A stretch of 64,000 nt of DNA from Bdellovibrionales bacterium. GTDB taxonomy: Bacteria; Bdellovibrionota; Bdellovibrionia; Bdellovibrionales; JAUICD01. A model generated the notes under the pieces. It had not been told where the DNA came from. It saw only the letters and a program-made list of their open reading frames with translations, and did not search any database. Position numbers and translations under genes: made by a program. Below are positions 42,912 to 54,088 of this stretch, in pieces. Where the stretch lies: assembly GCA_965262715.1 (NCBI GenBank), contig OZ253553.1, positions 96,001 through 160,000 on the forward strand. The letters run 5' to 3'. Numbering within the stretch: position 1 is the stretch's first letter; each line of letters opens with the position of its first letter.

Positions 42912-43925
42912 ATGAACCTAAAGAACCACCCCGTACAGATTCACGATATTCAAGAAGCACTGGGGGTTTTAAAAGGTCATATCCATAAAACTGATCTTAC
43001 CTTATCTCAACATATCTCACATCTCGCAGGATGTCCTATTTATCTTAAACATGAAAACGCCCAGCGTACAGGCAGCTTTAAAATTCGAGGAGCTTTAAAC
43101 AAACTCTCTACCCTTTCTGAAAAAGAGAAAAGTAAGGGTATTATAGCAAGCTCTGCAGGGAATCATGCTCAAGGCGTAGCTTGGGCTGCCAACATTTTCT
43201 CTATACCTTCTCATATTGTAATGCCTCAAACGACTGCTTTAGTTAAAATAAATGCCACAAAAGGCTATGGTGCCAACGTAATTTTAGAGGGACAAATATA
43301 TGATGAAGCTTATACTCATGCTCAGAGTTTAGTCCAACAAAAGGGTTATTTATTTGTACACCCTTATGAAGACCCTTTAATTATAGCTGGTCAAGGAACT
43401 GTAGGCCTAGAGATTGTGGAATGTTTAGAAGATGTATCTTCTGTTATTGTTCCAGTTGGTGGTGGAGGTTTAGCATCTGGTATAGCTGTTGCTATAAAAT
43501 CTCTTAAGCCTAAGTGTCGTGTGATTGGAGTACAAATGGTTTCTGCTCCTTCAATGACAGAAACCTTTCAAAAAAAACAAATTCAAGTGATTCATCCATG
43601 CTCTAGCTCACTAGCTGATGGGGTTAGCGTCAAAACACCTAGTGAAATCGTCTATAAAAACTACCTTTCTCGCTTATTAGATGATATAGTAACTGTTAAT
43701 GAAGATGAAGTCACCCAAGCTCTCTTATTCCTATTAGAAAGGAATAAGACTCTTGTAGAAGGGTCTGGCGCTTTAACTGTCGCTGCTGTTATTTATAGAA
43801 ACTTATCATTGAAAGGTAAAACAGTTGCTATTTTAAGTGGTGGTAATATTGACTTGAGCTTACTGGCTAAGTTAATTCAATTTCAACCAATTTCTCTCAA
43901 GCTTTCTAAACCTCCCTTAAAATAA
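42912..43925 (+). CDS. ilvA: Threonine ammonia-lyase (short form, no ACT domain)
   Basis: KHENAQRTGSFKIRGA, SSAGNHAQG, VPVGGGGL, SGGNID. Confidence 0.88.
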   Translation: MNLKNHPVQIHDIQEALGVLKGHIHKTDLTLSQHISHLAGCPIYLKHENAQRTGSFKIRGALNKLSTLSEKEKSKGIIASSAGNHAQGVAWAANIFSIPSHIVMPQTTALVKINATKGYGANVILEGQIYDEAYTHAQSLVQQKGYLFVHPYEDPLIIAGQGTVGLEIVECLEDVSSVIVPVGGGGLASGIAVAIKSLKPKCRVIGVQMVSAPSMTETFQKKQIQVIHPCSSSLADGVSVKTPSEIVYKNYLSRLLDDIVTVNEDEVTQALLFLLERNKTLVEGSGALTVAAVIYRNLSLKGKTVAILSGGNIDLSLLAKLIQFQPISLKLSKPPLK

Positions 43926-44100
43926 ACTTTTCTTATAATCTTTAAATTACTTATTGTTTCTAAATGAGTCACTATTAAATGTTAACTTTTTATATATCTT
44001 AAAATTTTTTAAGATTATTCATAAACTTAATGTAAGTTTAGTCAATTTTTGTTATAATCATATTAATAGTTCTTTCATGATATAACTTTGAGGCAAACAA

Positions 44101-44400
44101 ATGATTACAAGACTACACTTCAATGGAGGGTATTACAAAGTCACTCAATTAATAGAACCAAATATTATAGAAATTGAGGGTATTTGGTTTATAAAACTAG
44201 AAGGAGTTGATGAAGAAACAACAAAAGAAGAATTACTCCCAGAATGTTTAAAAATAGGCAATACAATCAAAGTTATTCCTTACCGTCGCACAGAAAATGC
44301 TCTCATTGTTTGTGATGTTTGGTTAGACGACATCCACATCAATAAAAAATTTTCTAATTATGTAGGAACAAAAGATCTCTTCAGAAGACAGGTCGGATAA
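44101..44400 (+). CDS. Small protein with a possible thermonuclease (SNase)-like OB fold
   Basis: KVTQLIEPNIIEI...IKLEGVD...DVWLDDIHINKK follows the SNase strand pattern but lacks the DGDT motif. Confidence 0.45.
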   Translation: MITRLHFNGGYYKVTQLIEPNIIEIEGIWFIKLEGVDEETTKEELLPECLKIGNTIKVIPYRRTENALIVCDVWLDDIHINKKFSNYVGTKDLFRRQVG

Positions 44401-44657
44401 ATATTGTTTCCTTTTCAAGGCATTATTACATAAATATTAAAATATAAGTTTAAATAGCAAGAACAACTCTTACAGAGGTTTGCAACTTATCTGAGAAAGT
44501 GCTTATTTATAATAAATCCGGTATTTTTTAAGATAGGAAAAAATGTTATCTCTTATATGTTTATTTTCCTAACATTTGTCGAAATATCTAACAGTTGTTT
44601 TAGCAAATCAAACCCCTGAACATATCTTATAATCTGTTTCACTTTGATTCCCAAGCT

Positions 44658-44675
44658 TAGGCCTTAAATTTGCTA
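44658..44675 (+). promoter_or_regulatory. Putative sigma54 promoter
   Basis: GG-ccttaaattt-GC (N10) upstream of the vWA lipoprotein gene. Confidence 0.4.
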
Positions 44676-45131
44676 CTTATAATAATATAAGGAAAGTATA
44701 AGGAGAAAAAGTTTGCAGACCAGAGCTTTATATAAAGCAATCCCTTTTATCCTTTGTTGTTTTCTATTATTCACAAACTGCAAAAGAGGCAATCTCAGTT
44801 CATCTCCGGGCGAAAGGACTCAATCAAGCAAACAGGAAGAACAAGTACCTTTCAATCAAGATCCTAATAATAAGAGTCATCAATTTTCTATCACACAACT
44901 TGCTTATGAAAATACAAAGGTAGACATTGTAATAGTAATGGATTCTTCACCTTCAATGGAAGATGATTTTATAGCATTAAGTCATCACTTTGACAGTTTA
45001 TTTAACCAAACTCTTGCATCTATAGATTGGCAGATGGCTTTTTTAGCTTCAGATGGCCTTGTTGCACAAAGATTTAAATAGTTTTTATTTTATTTATTTT
45101 TTAAGTAAGATTGTCATTTAATATTTTTTTA

Positions 45132-46118
45132 TCAAGCTGAAAGAGAAGAAGGCACAATCATCTGATTAAGGATTTTACATTTAATAAACACTTCATTTGC
45201 TTGACGATGAAATTCTCTAGAAGATAATTTATCACCTAATAAAGTTTTAAATCTATACATAGCTGTTTCTGATATAGACCTCCTGTGATATTTATGTTTT
45301 TTTTTCCACTTCTTTCTACCCATCTTCTTGATTTCTCTAATATAAGTATCTCTAAGAAGCGGCGATCCCCGACAATTTCCATGCCTCTTAATCACAGCAT
45401 TCTTTCTAGGTGGAGCAACCAATTTTATACTTCTATCACTTGTAAACTGATAACAATTCTTACAGTCATAAGCCCCATCAACTGAAACTTGGCCTATCTC
45501 ATCTTCATATCCTGTCAATAACTCTTCAAAAACCTCATTATCCTTTACAGAATTATCACTTAAAACAGATGCCTTAATCTGGGAATTTGACTCATCTACC
45601 GCTAAATGTAGCTTCTTCCATGTCCTTCTCTTAGAATACCCATGCTGACGGACTTTCCACTCTCCCTCCCCATAAACTTTAAGACCTGTGGAATCAATGA
45701 CAATATGAGGATTCTTGTGAGAAGATAGCTTTCTTTCTAGTTTTACTGATAACTTCTGTAATCTTCTGCAAAGAGTTGTATAATTAGGTATTTCTATATC
45801 AAGACCCATAAGTTCAACTAGGGATTTAGCAAAACCTTCTGTAGATCGCAATTTTAAACCAAATATGAATCTTAATATATTAAGAGTTTCAATAGCTTTA
45901 TCAGAGTAAACTTGTTGACCCCCTTGCTTTGAAGAACATTTTGCATACCAAGATTTGACGATATCTGCTGAAAACCAAAAAGTGATTTGACCTCTATTGA
46001 CTAGAGACTTATTATAAAGACTCCAGTTTATTTTTTTATTTTTACCCATCTCTAGCTCCTTCTGATTTAGTGATTGTGAAAGTTGGGGATGGGTAAATTT
46101 TATAATCATTAAAAACAA
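45132..46118 (-). CDS. IS5 family (IS903-like) DDE transposase (true start probably MGKN at 46049)
   Basis: NWSLYNKSLVNRG, IDSTGLKVYGEGEW, RRTWKKLHLAVD, DGAYD, YHRRSISETAMYRFK. Confidence 0.95.
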   Translation of the reverse strand: MFLMIIKFTHPQLSQSLNQKELEMGKNKKINWSLYNKSLVNRGQITFWFSADIVKSWYAKCSSKQGGQQVYSDKAIETLNILRFIFGLKLRSTEGFAKSLVELMGLDIEIPNYTTLCRRLQKLSVKLERKLSSHKNPHIVIDSTGLKVYGEGEWKVRQHGYSKRRTWKKLHLAVDESNSQIKASVLSDNSVKDNEVFEELLTGYEDEIGQVSVDGAYDCKNCYQFTSDRSIKLVAPPRKNAVIKRHGNCRGSPLLRDTYIREIKKMGRKKWKKKHKYHRRSISETAMYRFKTLLGDKLSSREFHRQANEVFIKCKILNQMIVPSSLSA

Positions 46119-46153
46119 AAAATCAAAGTAATAGATATATCAAACTCAGGAAA

Positions 46154-46376
46154 GATCTTATTGCATAAAAATTTAAGAATGAGATTTGTGAAAGACTTCT
46201 GAAATAGGACTAGGCTAGCGGCTTAGGGTAAATATCTCTTAAACTATTTTATTCTATAATAAAATCTTAAAATAATAGCAATACAAGGCGCGGGGGTTGC
46301 CTAGAGCCTATGGAAGATGCCTGACTTAATTCTCTAATCTTTTATATACTTCCTTAAATCTTTGTGCAACAAAGCC
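46154..46376. mobile_element. Family C MITE unit forming the outer end of the IS903-like element
   Basis: Degenerate inner IR gatcttattgcataaaaattta; the interior aligns with 59315-59558 and 63083-63290. Confidence 0.65.
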
Positions 46377-46556
46377 ATTTGGCTCTCAAAACAATAAGAT
46401 TATTTTTGATAATCCCCCAGAAAAAGGTACAAAAGTTGATGTTTCCTACAATTACCTAGATTCTAAATCTTAAATACTTCAACAATTTAACACTTACTGC
46501 TTGATTTTAATTTTTGTATATAAGTTGCAGTGTTTTTTAAGGTGATTCTATGAAAC

Positions 46557-48419
46557 TTAGGAATCTTTTATTACAGCTTTTATTGGTAACGTAATAATAA
46601 ATGTTGTACCTTTATTTTCCTTTGATTGTACAGTGATATCTCCACCATGTTTTCGAATAATATTGTAAGAAATACTCAAGCCCAATCCTGTTCCTTTACC
46701 TATTTCCTTTGTAGTGAAGAATGGATCAAAAATATAAGCAATTTTATCTTCATCAATACCCTTACCATCATCTCTAATTTCGATTTTTATATTAAGCTCT
46801 GTTTTTCTAACTGCAATCCATATATTGCCCTTATCCTCAATCGCCCCAGCAGCATTGGAGATAATGTTCATAAATACTTGATTGACCTGACCTGCATGAC
46901 ATTGAATTATTGGAATATCTTTTAAATCAAGGTGAACTTGAATGCGTGTCTTAATCTCGCCTGACAGAATATCCAGCGTGCTTTTTATATTTTCCTCTAC
47001 ATTATAATCTTGTAAACTACTACTATCTAAACGAGAAAAAGTACGCAACCCTGATACAATATCCATAAGTCTTTGTGATCCATCTTGGCACGACTTGATC
47101 AATTTTGGCAGGTCTTTAATAATGTAGTCATAATCTATATCCTGTTTAAACTCTGTAGCTTTCTCTGGAGACTTTTGCAGGACGTCCGCCAAAGCAATAA
47201 GGTTTTTAGAATATGTCTCTAAATGAGTCATGTTAGCATAAATAAAGCTAATAGGATTATTAAGCTCATGAGCCACCCCCGCTACTAATTGGCCTAAGCT
47301 AACCATTTTAGCAGAATGCACAAGTTGAGACTGCGTCTCTTGTAGTTCCTTATTAGTGAATTCTAATTCATGAATAGACTCTGCAATACGCAACGACATA
47401 TTATTGAATGTTTCAATGAGTTTGTTTATCTCCCTAGGACCACGAACAGTAGAAATTTGAGTTCCTAGTTTACCTACCTCAATTTCCCCAGTAGCAGTTA
47501 CAAGATTAGAAATAGGCCGAACAATGATACGACTGACCAAAATCCATATTACAATTAAAAAAAGAATAATAACTCCAAGACCTGTTAAAAGAGCCTTTGA
47601 TATCTTATTAATCATTGTATATTGATTGTCAGTTCTTACAGTTGTTACTCCTAAGTGTATGCGATCCCTTTCGGAATCAATAGATTCAACATGCAAGTTA
47701 TAAGGACGTATATGATCAGTAAAACTTTTAGATTTTGGATTAAAAAACCACCTATCTTGCAATAAAAGATCTTTATATGTAGCAATAACTGGTTTGTATT
47801 CATCATCTAGAACGACAATGTCAACATTGAGCATTTCTTTAAAATAATCTAAATCATGTTGATTAATATATCTCACTTCTTGAATAAACCCTTTTATTTT
47901 ATCTTCCACCAATATTTTAGAGTAAGCTATTAGTTCTATGCGATTTTTATATATATCACGAAAGGAAATATATTCCCTCGTTTGAAGCTCATTTTGAAGG
48001 TTTGATGGCAAATAAAGAACTTCTCTTTTTTGAATATTTTTATTAGCGTCTCTAAAAAGGATCAACTCAGAAGTTCCTTTAGCATCAAATAAAGATATTT
48101 GAGAGATGGGATAAACAGCCATCCAAGTTTTAAATAAGCTTTCAATTTGATTGGTAGAATTCGATGATAAGGCAGAAATAAGCTGAGGATCTTTAGCATG
48201 TTGCTGTGTATACAGTCTCAATTGATTTTCTGATATGTTAAAGGAAATAGCAACTTCTTTAAAATGAGACTCTAATCGCCTACGCTGCTCTTCATTAAAA
48301 ATAACTTGAAATTCAACAAGACTATAAGTAATCAATAAAAGCGGTATGATAGAGAATATCAAAAACCATAACGATAATATATAAAGTAAGCTTTTGCCTT
48401 TTTTTCTCTTATTTGTCAT
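46557..48419 (-). CDS. Sensor histidine kinase (periplasmic sensor, HAMP, HisKA, HATPase)
   Basis: LGQLVAGVAHELNNP, QVFMNIISNA, DDGKGI, FDPFFTTK, GTGLGLS. Confidence 0.93.
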   Translation of the reverse strand: MTNKRKKGKSLLYILSLWFLIFSIIPLLLITYSLVEFQVIFNEEQRRRLESHFKEVAISFNISENQLRLYTQQHAKDPQLISALSSNSTNQIESLFKTWMAVYPISQISLFDAKGTSELILFRDANKNIQKREVLYLPSNLQNELQTREYISFRDIYKNRIELIAYSKILVEDKIKGFIQEVRYINQHDLDYFKEMLNVDIVVLDDEYKPVIATYKDLLLQDRWFFNPKSKSFTDHIRPYNLHVESIDSERDRIHLGVTTVRTDNQYTMINKISKALLTGLGVIILFLIVIWILVSRIIVRPISNLVTATGEIEVGKLGTQISTVRGPREINKLIETFNNMSLRIAESIHELEFTNKELQETQSQLVHSAKMVSLGQLVAGVAHELNNPISFIYANMTHLETYSKNLIALADVLQKSPEKATEFKQDIDYDYIIKDLPKLIKSCQDGSQRLMDIVSGLRTFSRLDSSSLQDYNVEENIKSTLDILSGEIKTRIQVHLDLKDIPIIQCHAGQVNQVFMNIISNAAGAIEDKGNIWIAVRKTELNIKIEIRDDGKGIDEDKIAYIFDPFFTTKEIGKGTGLGLSISYNIIRKHGGDITVQSKENKGTTFIITLPIKAVIKDS

Positions 48420-48480
48420 AAATGAATAAACTTTTTTGTCTTGTGATTAAAGATTACTTTTTCGTATATTCTTTAGAGCA

Positions 48481-48921
48481 TTATTTTTTGATGATACCTG
48501 TGGTATTTTCTATTTGTTGCTTTACATCTCTTGAAGATTTTATAGAGTCTATAGTCCAAAGAATGTCTTGAGGCACTTTTTTAAAGATATTAAAAAAGAA
48601 CCCAACAAAGAATAAAACTCCAATAAAGGCAACCCCTATTACGAGAGTTGTCCATTTATATATTTTAAATAAATTAATCATTTTATCTAAAATAGATTCT
48701 TCTAATGGTATAGTTTTTAAGAAATCTGGAGGCATTTGAATTTGAGACATTGTTTGACTATAGTTTAGACCTTGCTTAAGAGATTGAAATTCTGTTTCTA
48801 ATTCAGGATACTCTTTAATGCTAGTCTCTACTGCTTTTGTTCTAGAAGCATCCAAATCTCCAACAACAAAATCATAGAGCATCTCACGACAAAGAAACTC
48901 ACTGAGCTGACGCTGTTTCAT
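48481..48921 (-). CDS. Membrane protein, anti-sigma-factor-like N-terminus
   Basis: CREMLYDFVVGDLD pattern plus one TM; overlaps the upstream sigma-like gene. Confidence 0.5.
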   Translation of the reverse strand: MKQRQLSEFLCREMLYDFVVGDLDASRTKAVETSIKEYPELETEFQSLKQGLNYSQTMSQIQMPPDFLKTIPLEESILDKMINLFKIYKWTTLVIGVAFIGVLFFVGFFFNIFKKVPQDILWTIDSIKSSRDVKQQIENTTGIIKK

Positions 48922-49450
48922 AGCTATTTGTTACTCCTATAAATTGAACTCCAGAAGGAGACATATTACCAAGACATCTTAAACCATATCCTAATCTGTA
49001 TTTAACGGTTCCTATGGATATTTTCATAGCTTTTGCAATATCTTCATCTTTAAACAAAAGAATTTTAGATAGAATAACAACAAGCACCACTTCATCTTCT
49101 GTTTCTCTTAGAAAATCACACCATGGTTCCAAATCAAAGGAAGGTGTAAAACTTACTTTATGAGCATCTCTTAAAGTCTGTTTATTTTTGTTTTTTGAAA
49201 AGCTATATTTTTGATATTTCTTCCAAATTTGCAAACAAGATGGAATCAATAAAGATATAACTTCTTGTCTTCTTTGTTGTTCTTGCATTTCTGAATAGAT
49301 AGGCTGACTTTGTATTGAGCTATTGGGAAGCTGAGTTGATAATTGCTTTTGTCTTTTCAAAACTTTACGTGTTGCCTTTAATGCTATTTTCTCTTCTAAA
49401 AATATATAATAAAAAAATAAAAATATGGATTTTATATAAGGCTCAAACAT
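48899..49450 (-). CDS. Degenerate ECF sigma-like protein (region 4 HTH)
   Basis: DEDIAKAMKISIGTVKYRLGYGLRCL. Confidence 0.55.
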   Translation of the reverse strand: MFEPYIKSIFLFFYYIFLEEKIALKATRKVLKRQKQLSTQLPNSSIQSQPIYSEMQEQQRRQEVISLLIPSCLQIWKKYQKYSFSKNKNKQTLRDAHKVSFTPSFDLEPWCDFLRETEDEVVLVVILSKILLFKDEDIAKAMKISIGTVKYRLGYGLRCLGNMSPSGVQFIGVTNSYETASAQ

Positions 49451-49466
49451 CCTACACCCTTAAAAG

Positions 49467-50534
<1,068 letters not shown>

Positions 50535-50733
50535 TTACTTTACAGTTATTCATATTAGAACTTCTTTTAACTTATATAGCTAGCATATTATGGTAATTAA
50601 GCTGAACCTTCAACCTATTTCTTTAACTTCAAAATCGCTGCTAAATTATGCATTTTTCACTCCATACTTCTTTTTGATTTTACTTTTTTATCATTTTGTT
50701 CAATATAATGTATAATGTCAAAATCCATGCTCT

Positions 50734-51045
50734 CTATGAAATAGCACTAAATAGAACTACATAATTTTTGAGAATATTTTTATGAAAAGATTGTGGAAGC
50801 CTAGCCCAATCAAAAATTTGAATTAAAATGGGGATATTGGACTCTTTAACAAGTTCTTCAAAGTCATTTATCTCTTTTATATCAATAGGACTCAAATCTT
50901 TTGCTCGTAAAACTAAATCTAAATCACTTGTTTCATGAGCTGTCCCATCCACGCGACTGCCATAAGCCCATATCTCTATTGGTGTTTTAAAAGCTTGAGC
51001 AGCAAGTTTTAATAATTGTTCTCTATCTCTTTCTCTAAGAATCAT
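50734..51045 (-). CDS. Minimal nucleotidyltransferase (MNT) antitoxin
   Basis: YGSRVDGTAHETSDLDL (GS-x10-DxD). Confidence 0.88.
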   Translation of the reverse strand: MILRERDREQLLKLAAQAFKTPIEIWAYGSRVDGTAHETSDLDLVLRAKDLSPIDIKEINDFEELVKESNIPILIQIFDWARLPQSFHKNILKNYVVLFSAIS

Positions 51046-51457
51046 TGAAAGACTCTATAATTTGAACTAATTTTTTAGCTTCTAAAATAAATTGAGGCAT
51101 TAGCGGTAATGTTTTTTCTGCTAATCCAGCTCCATAATCATGACTTGTCGAGTTGCGATTGTCTCTATATTCCAACCAACATTGAACTTCATCAACTGTG
51201 AGCAAACCATGATGTCCAGCATGTCTAAAAATATCTTTAAAAGTCAAATGATCAACTGCTCTGGATGAATGAAAGTAAGGCTTTAATCTCTTTTTAAGAA
51301 GTCTGCCCAATTGTTCAAGAATAATTTCAAATTCTTTTATCGTAGCTGAGCGGTATAGATCATAATCTAAACTATCTTTCTCTACTTGTTGCAATTGTCT
51401 GAAAGCCTTCTCTAAGGTCTGAATACATCTATTTACAAAAGCTGTGTCTATTTTCAT
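51035..51457 (-). CDS. HEPN / nucleotidyltransferase substrate-binding protein (HI0074 family), toxin partner
   Basis: IKEFEIILE, FKDIFR, RNSTSHDY (R-x4-H); overlaps the MNT gene. Confidence 0.88.
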   Translation of the reverse strand: MKIDTAFVNRCIQTLEKAFRQLQQVEKDSLDYDLYRSATIKEFEIILEQLGRLLKKRLKPYFHSSRAVDHLTFKDIFRHAGHHGLLTVDEVQCWLEYRDNRNSTSHDYGAGLAEKTLPLMPQFILEAKKLVQIIESFNDS

Positions 51458-51593
51458 TATATCTGCTTTTTAAATTATTTTTCTTAGTTCATAACTAGTT
51501 ATTAAGCTTTCTTTGTTCCAGAATTTAACTATTAAGCCAGCTGATATGCTAGTGGAATCACAAAATCTATACCAATCATTTGAATTTTTGCAT

Positions 51594-52010
51594 CTAAAAA
51601 ATTTCTGACCTATCAAAGAAAAAAGCAACTTCTCTGGCCGCGCTTTCCTTACTATCACTACCATGTATGGCATTTTCTCCTAAACTATCACCATATAGTT
51701 TTCTAATAGTACCTACTCCTGCCTCTTTTGGATTTGTTGCCCCCATAATTTCTCTTGCTTTTAAAACAGCATTCTTTCCAGATAAAACCATCAATAGAAC
51801 AGGGTGAGAAGATATAAAGCTGACAAGCTCTTCAAAAAAAGGACGTTCCCTATGCTCCCTATAAAATTCTCGACATTGCGCTTTTGTCAATAAAACTAAC
51901 TTTGCAGCTACAAGGTGTAAATGATTCTCCTCAAATTTTTGTATGATAGAACCAATCACATTTTTTTTCATAGCATTGGGCTTGATGATAGTAAAAGTCA
52001 ATTCCGACAT
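51594..52010 (-). CDS. ndk: Nucleoside diphosphate kinase
   Basis: TFTIIKPNA, MGATNP, GTIR, NAIHGSDS. Confidence 0.97.
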   Translation of the reverse strand: MSELTFTIIKPNAMKKNVIGSIIQKFEENHLHLVAAKLVLLTKAQCREFYREHRERPFFEELVSFISSHPVLLMVLSGKNAVLKAREIMGATNPKEAGVGTIRKLYGDSLGENAIHGSDSKESAAREVAFFFDRSEIF

Positions 52011-52026
52011 ATTCTCCTCCTTATTT

Positions 52027-52902
52027 TTATTTATCTTTCAGTGCTTCTTGAAGTGTTCTACCTAAATCAGATGGGCTCTTTGAAATGTGACAACCAGCTT
52101 GTTCAAGAGCCTTGAACTTATCCTCCGCTCGACCTGATCCTGCACTGATAATAGCACCAGCATGTCCCATGCGTTTTCCAGGAGGAGCTGTTGAACCTGC
52201 AATAAATGCAACAACAGGCTTAGTCATCTCTTCTTGAATATACTCAGCTGCTTGCTCTTCCGCGTTTCCTCCAATCTCTCCAATCAATATCACTGCTTCT
52301 GTTTGATCATCTACCTGAAATAATTTTAAGACATCAATAAAGTTTGTGCCATTGATAGGATCACCTCCTATACCTACACAAGAGCTTTGGCCAAGTCCTA
52401 TGTTGGAAACCTGCCAAACAGCCTCATAAGTTAAAGTTCCTGAACGAGATAAAATACCAATAGAGCCAGGCTTATGAATATTCCCTGGCATGATACCTAT
52501 CTTACATTGTCCTGGTGTAATAACTCCAGGACAATTAGGCCCAATAAGTCGAGTTGATCGATCTTTCATAAAGTTCTTAACCTTTAGCATATCTAAAATA
52601 GGTATGCCCTCAGTGATACACACGACTAAATCCAGGTCACTATCTACAGCTTCCATAATGGCATCTGCGGCATAGGCTGGAGGAACATAAATCATAGAAG
52701 CATTTGCGCCCGTCTCAGATACAGCCTCTTGAACTGTATTGAAAACAGGTAATTCTAAGTGTTTTTGCCCTCCTTTACCAGGAGTGATACCACCTACTAA
52801 CTTTGTGCCATATTCAATAGCTTGTTGTGAGTGAAAAGTACCGTGAGAACCAGTAAACCCTTGGCACAAAACTTTTGTTTTCGAATCAATCAGTATAGCC
52901 AA
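52027..52902 (-). CDS. sucD: Succinyl-CoA synthetase alpha subunit
   Basis: [28 protein letters not shown]. Confidence 0.97.
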   Translation of the reverse strand: MAILIDSKTKVLCQGFTGSHGTFHSQQAIEYGTKLVGGITPGKGGQKHLELPVFNTVQEAVSETGANASMIYVPPAYAADAIMEAVDSDLDLVVCITEGIPILDMLKVKNFMKDRSTRLIGPNCPGVITPGQCKIGIMPGNIHKPGSIGILSRSGTLTYEAVWQVSNIGLGQSSCVGIGGDPINGTNFIDVLKLFQVDDQTEAVILIGEIGGNAEEQAAEYIQEEMTKPVVAFIAGSTAPPGKRMGHAGAIISAGSGRAEDKFKALEQAGCHISKSPSDLGRTLQEALKDK

Positions 52903-52906
52903 CGCT

Positions 52907-54070
52907 TTACTCCTTTCCTTTTTCTATAGCCTTAATAATTTTGTCTGCTCCATCAGAAAGATCATTTGCAGGAATGATATCAAGGCCACTTGATTGAAGA
53001 AGCTGTTTACCTTTTTGCACATTTGTACCTTCTAGTCGTACAACTAATGGAACATGAAGTTTCAAGTCTTGAGTGGCTGCAATAATCCCTCCTGCAATGA
53101 TATCACACTTCATAATGCCTCCAAAAATATTGACGAATATCCCCTTTACCTTAGGGTCCTTTAAGATAATCTTAAAAGCTTGAGTGACACTCTCTCTACT
53201 TGCAGTACCTCCCACATCTAAAAAATTGGCAGGCTCACCTCCATGGAGTTTTATAATGTCCATAGTCGCCATGGCTAGTCCCGCTCCATTAACAAGACAA
53301 CCAATTTCTCCATCTAGCTTGATAAAAGCTAGCTTGTACTTACTGGCTTCTAACTCCATGGGGTCTTCTTCTGTCTCATCTTTTAATTGCAATATATCTG
53401 GATGGCGAAAAAGAGCATTATCATCAAAACTCATTTTAGCATCTAAAGCAATTAACTGACCATCTTGAGTGACCACAAGAGGGTTGATTTCTAAAAGGGT
53501 AGTATCAAAATGCATAAAAGCATCATACAGGCCTTTTAAAAGACGAGTGGTTGCACTAGTTGGAATGTGGAGCTTAAAAGCTAATTGCCTTGCCTGAAAA
53601 TCCATCAAGCCAGTGTTAATATCTATATAAATATTATGTATTTTTTCAGGGGTTTTAGCAGCCACCTCTTCAATATTCATACCTCCCTGATCGCTTGCTA
53701 TTACAGCTACTTGACCCTTTGCATGATTAACAACTAAACTTAGGTAATACTCTTTTTGAATTTGGCAACCTGATTCGATATAGACTTTTTCCACAAGTTT
53801 TCCTTGAGGCCCTGTTTGTAAGGTGACAAGATTCATTCCTATCATTTGTTGTGAGATGGTTTTTACTTCATCTAAAGAGCGAGCTAGTTTGACACCACCT
53901 CCTTTTCCTCTACCACCTGCATGTATTTGTGCTTTGACAACCCAGCTTATTCCATCTAAACGCTTTGCTACTGTGCAGGCTTCATCAAGAGTACGAGCAA
54001 TTCCCCCATCTAATATTGGCACTCCAAATTTCTTTAAGATTTCTTTGGCCTGGTACTCGTGAATATTCAT
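52907..54070 (-). CDS. sucC: Succinyl-CoA synthetase beta subunit
   Basis: [42 protein letters not shown]. Confidence 0.97.
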   Translation of the reverse strand: MNIHEYQAKEILKKFGVPILDGGIARTLDEACTVAKRLDGISWVVKAQIHAGGRGKGGGVKLARSLDEVKTISQQMIGMNLVTLQTGPQGKLVEKVYIESGCQIQKEYYLSLVVNHAKGQVAVIASDQGGMNIEEVAAKTPEKIHNIYIDINTGLMDFQARQLAFKLHIPTSATTRLLKGLYDAFMHFDTTLLEINPLVVTQDGQLIALDAKMSFDDNALFRHPDILQLKDETEEDPMELEASKYKLAFIKLDGEIGCLVNGAGLAMATMDIIKLHGGEPANFLDVGGTASRESVTQAFKIILKDPKVKGIFVNIFGGIMKCDIIAGGIIAATQDLKLHVPLVVRLEGTNVQKGKQLLQSSGLDIIPANDLSDGADKIIKAIEKGKE

Positions 54071-54088
54071 CTTTACTCCTTTGTTTTA

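Larger units (their letters stand above)
45055..46376 (-). mobile_element. IS5 family (IS903 group) element
   Basis: IRs GGCCTTGTTGCACAAAGATTTA / TAAATCTTTGTGCAACAAAGCC resemble IS903 ends. No matching TSD. Confidence 0.92.
44713..46473 (+). pseudogene. vWA-domain lipoprotein disrupted by IS with loss of the central region
   Basis: 5' part has an FTNC lipobox and KVDIVIVMDSSPSM up to 45054. A 3' remnant after the IS reads GSQNNKIIFDNPPEKGTKVDVSYNYLDSKS* (stop 46471-46473). Confidence 0.75.

Noticed and set aside
46140..46150. tcaaactcagg matching the right end of IS1634 element 2
   Set aside because: Only 11 bp with no further similarity; probably chance.
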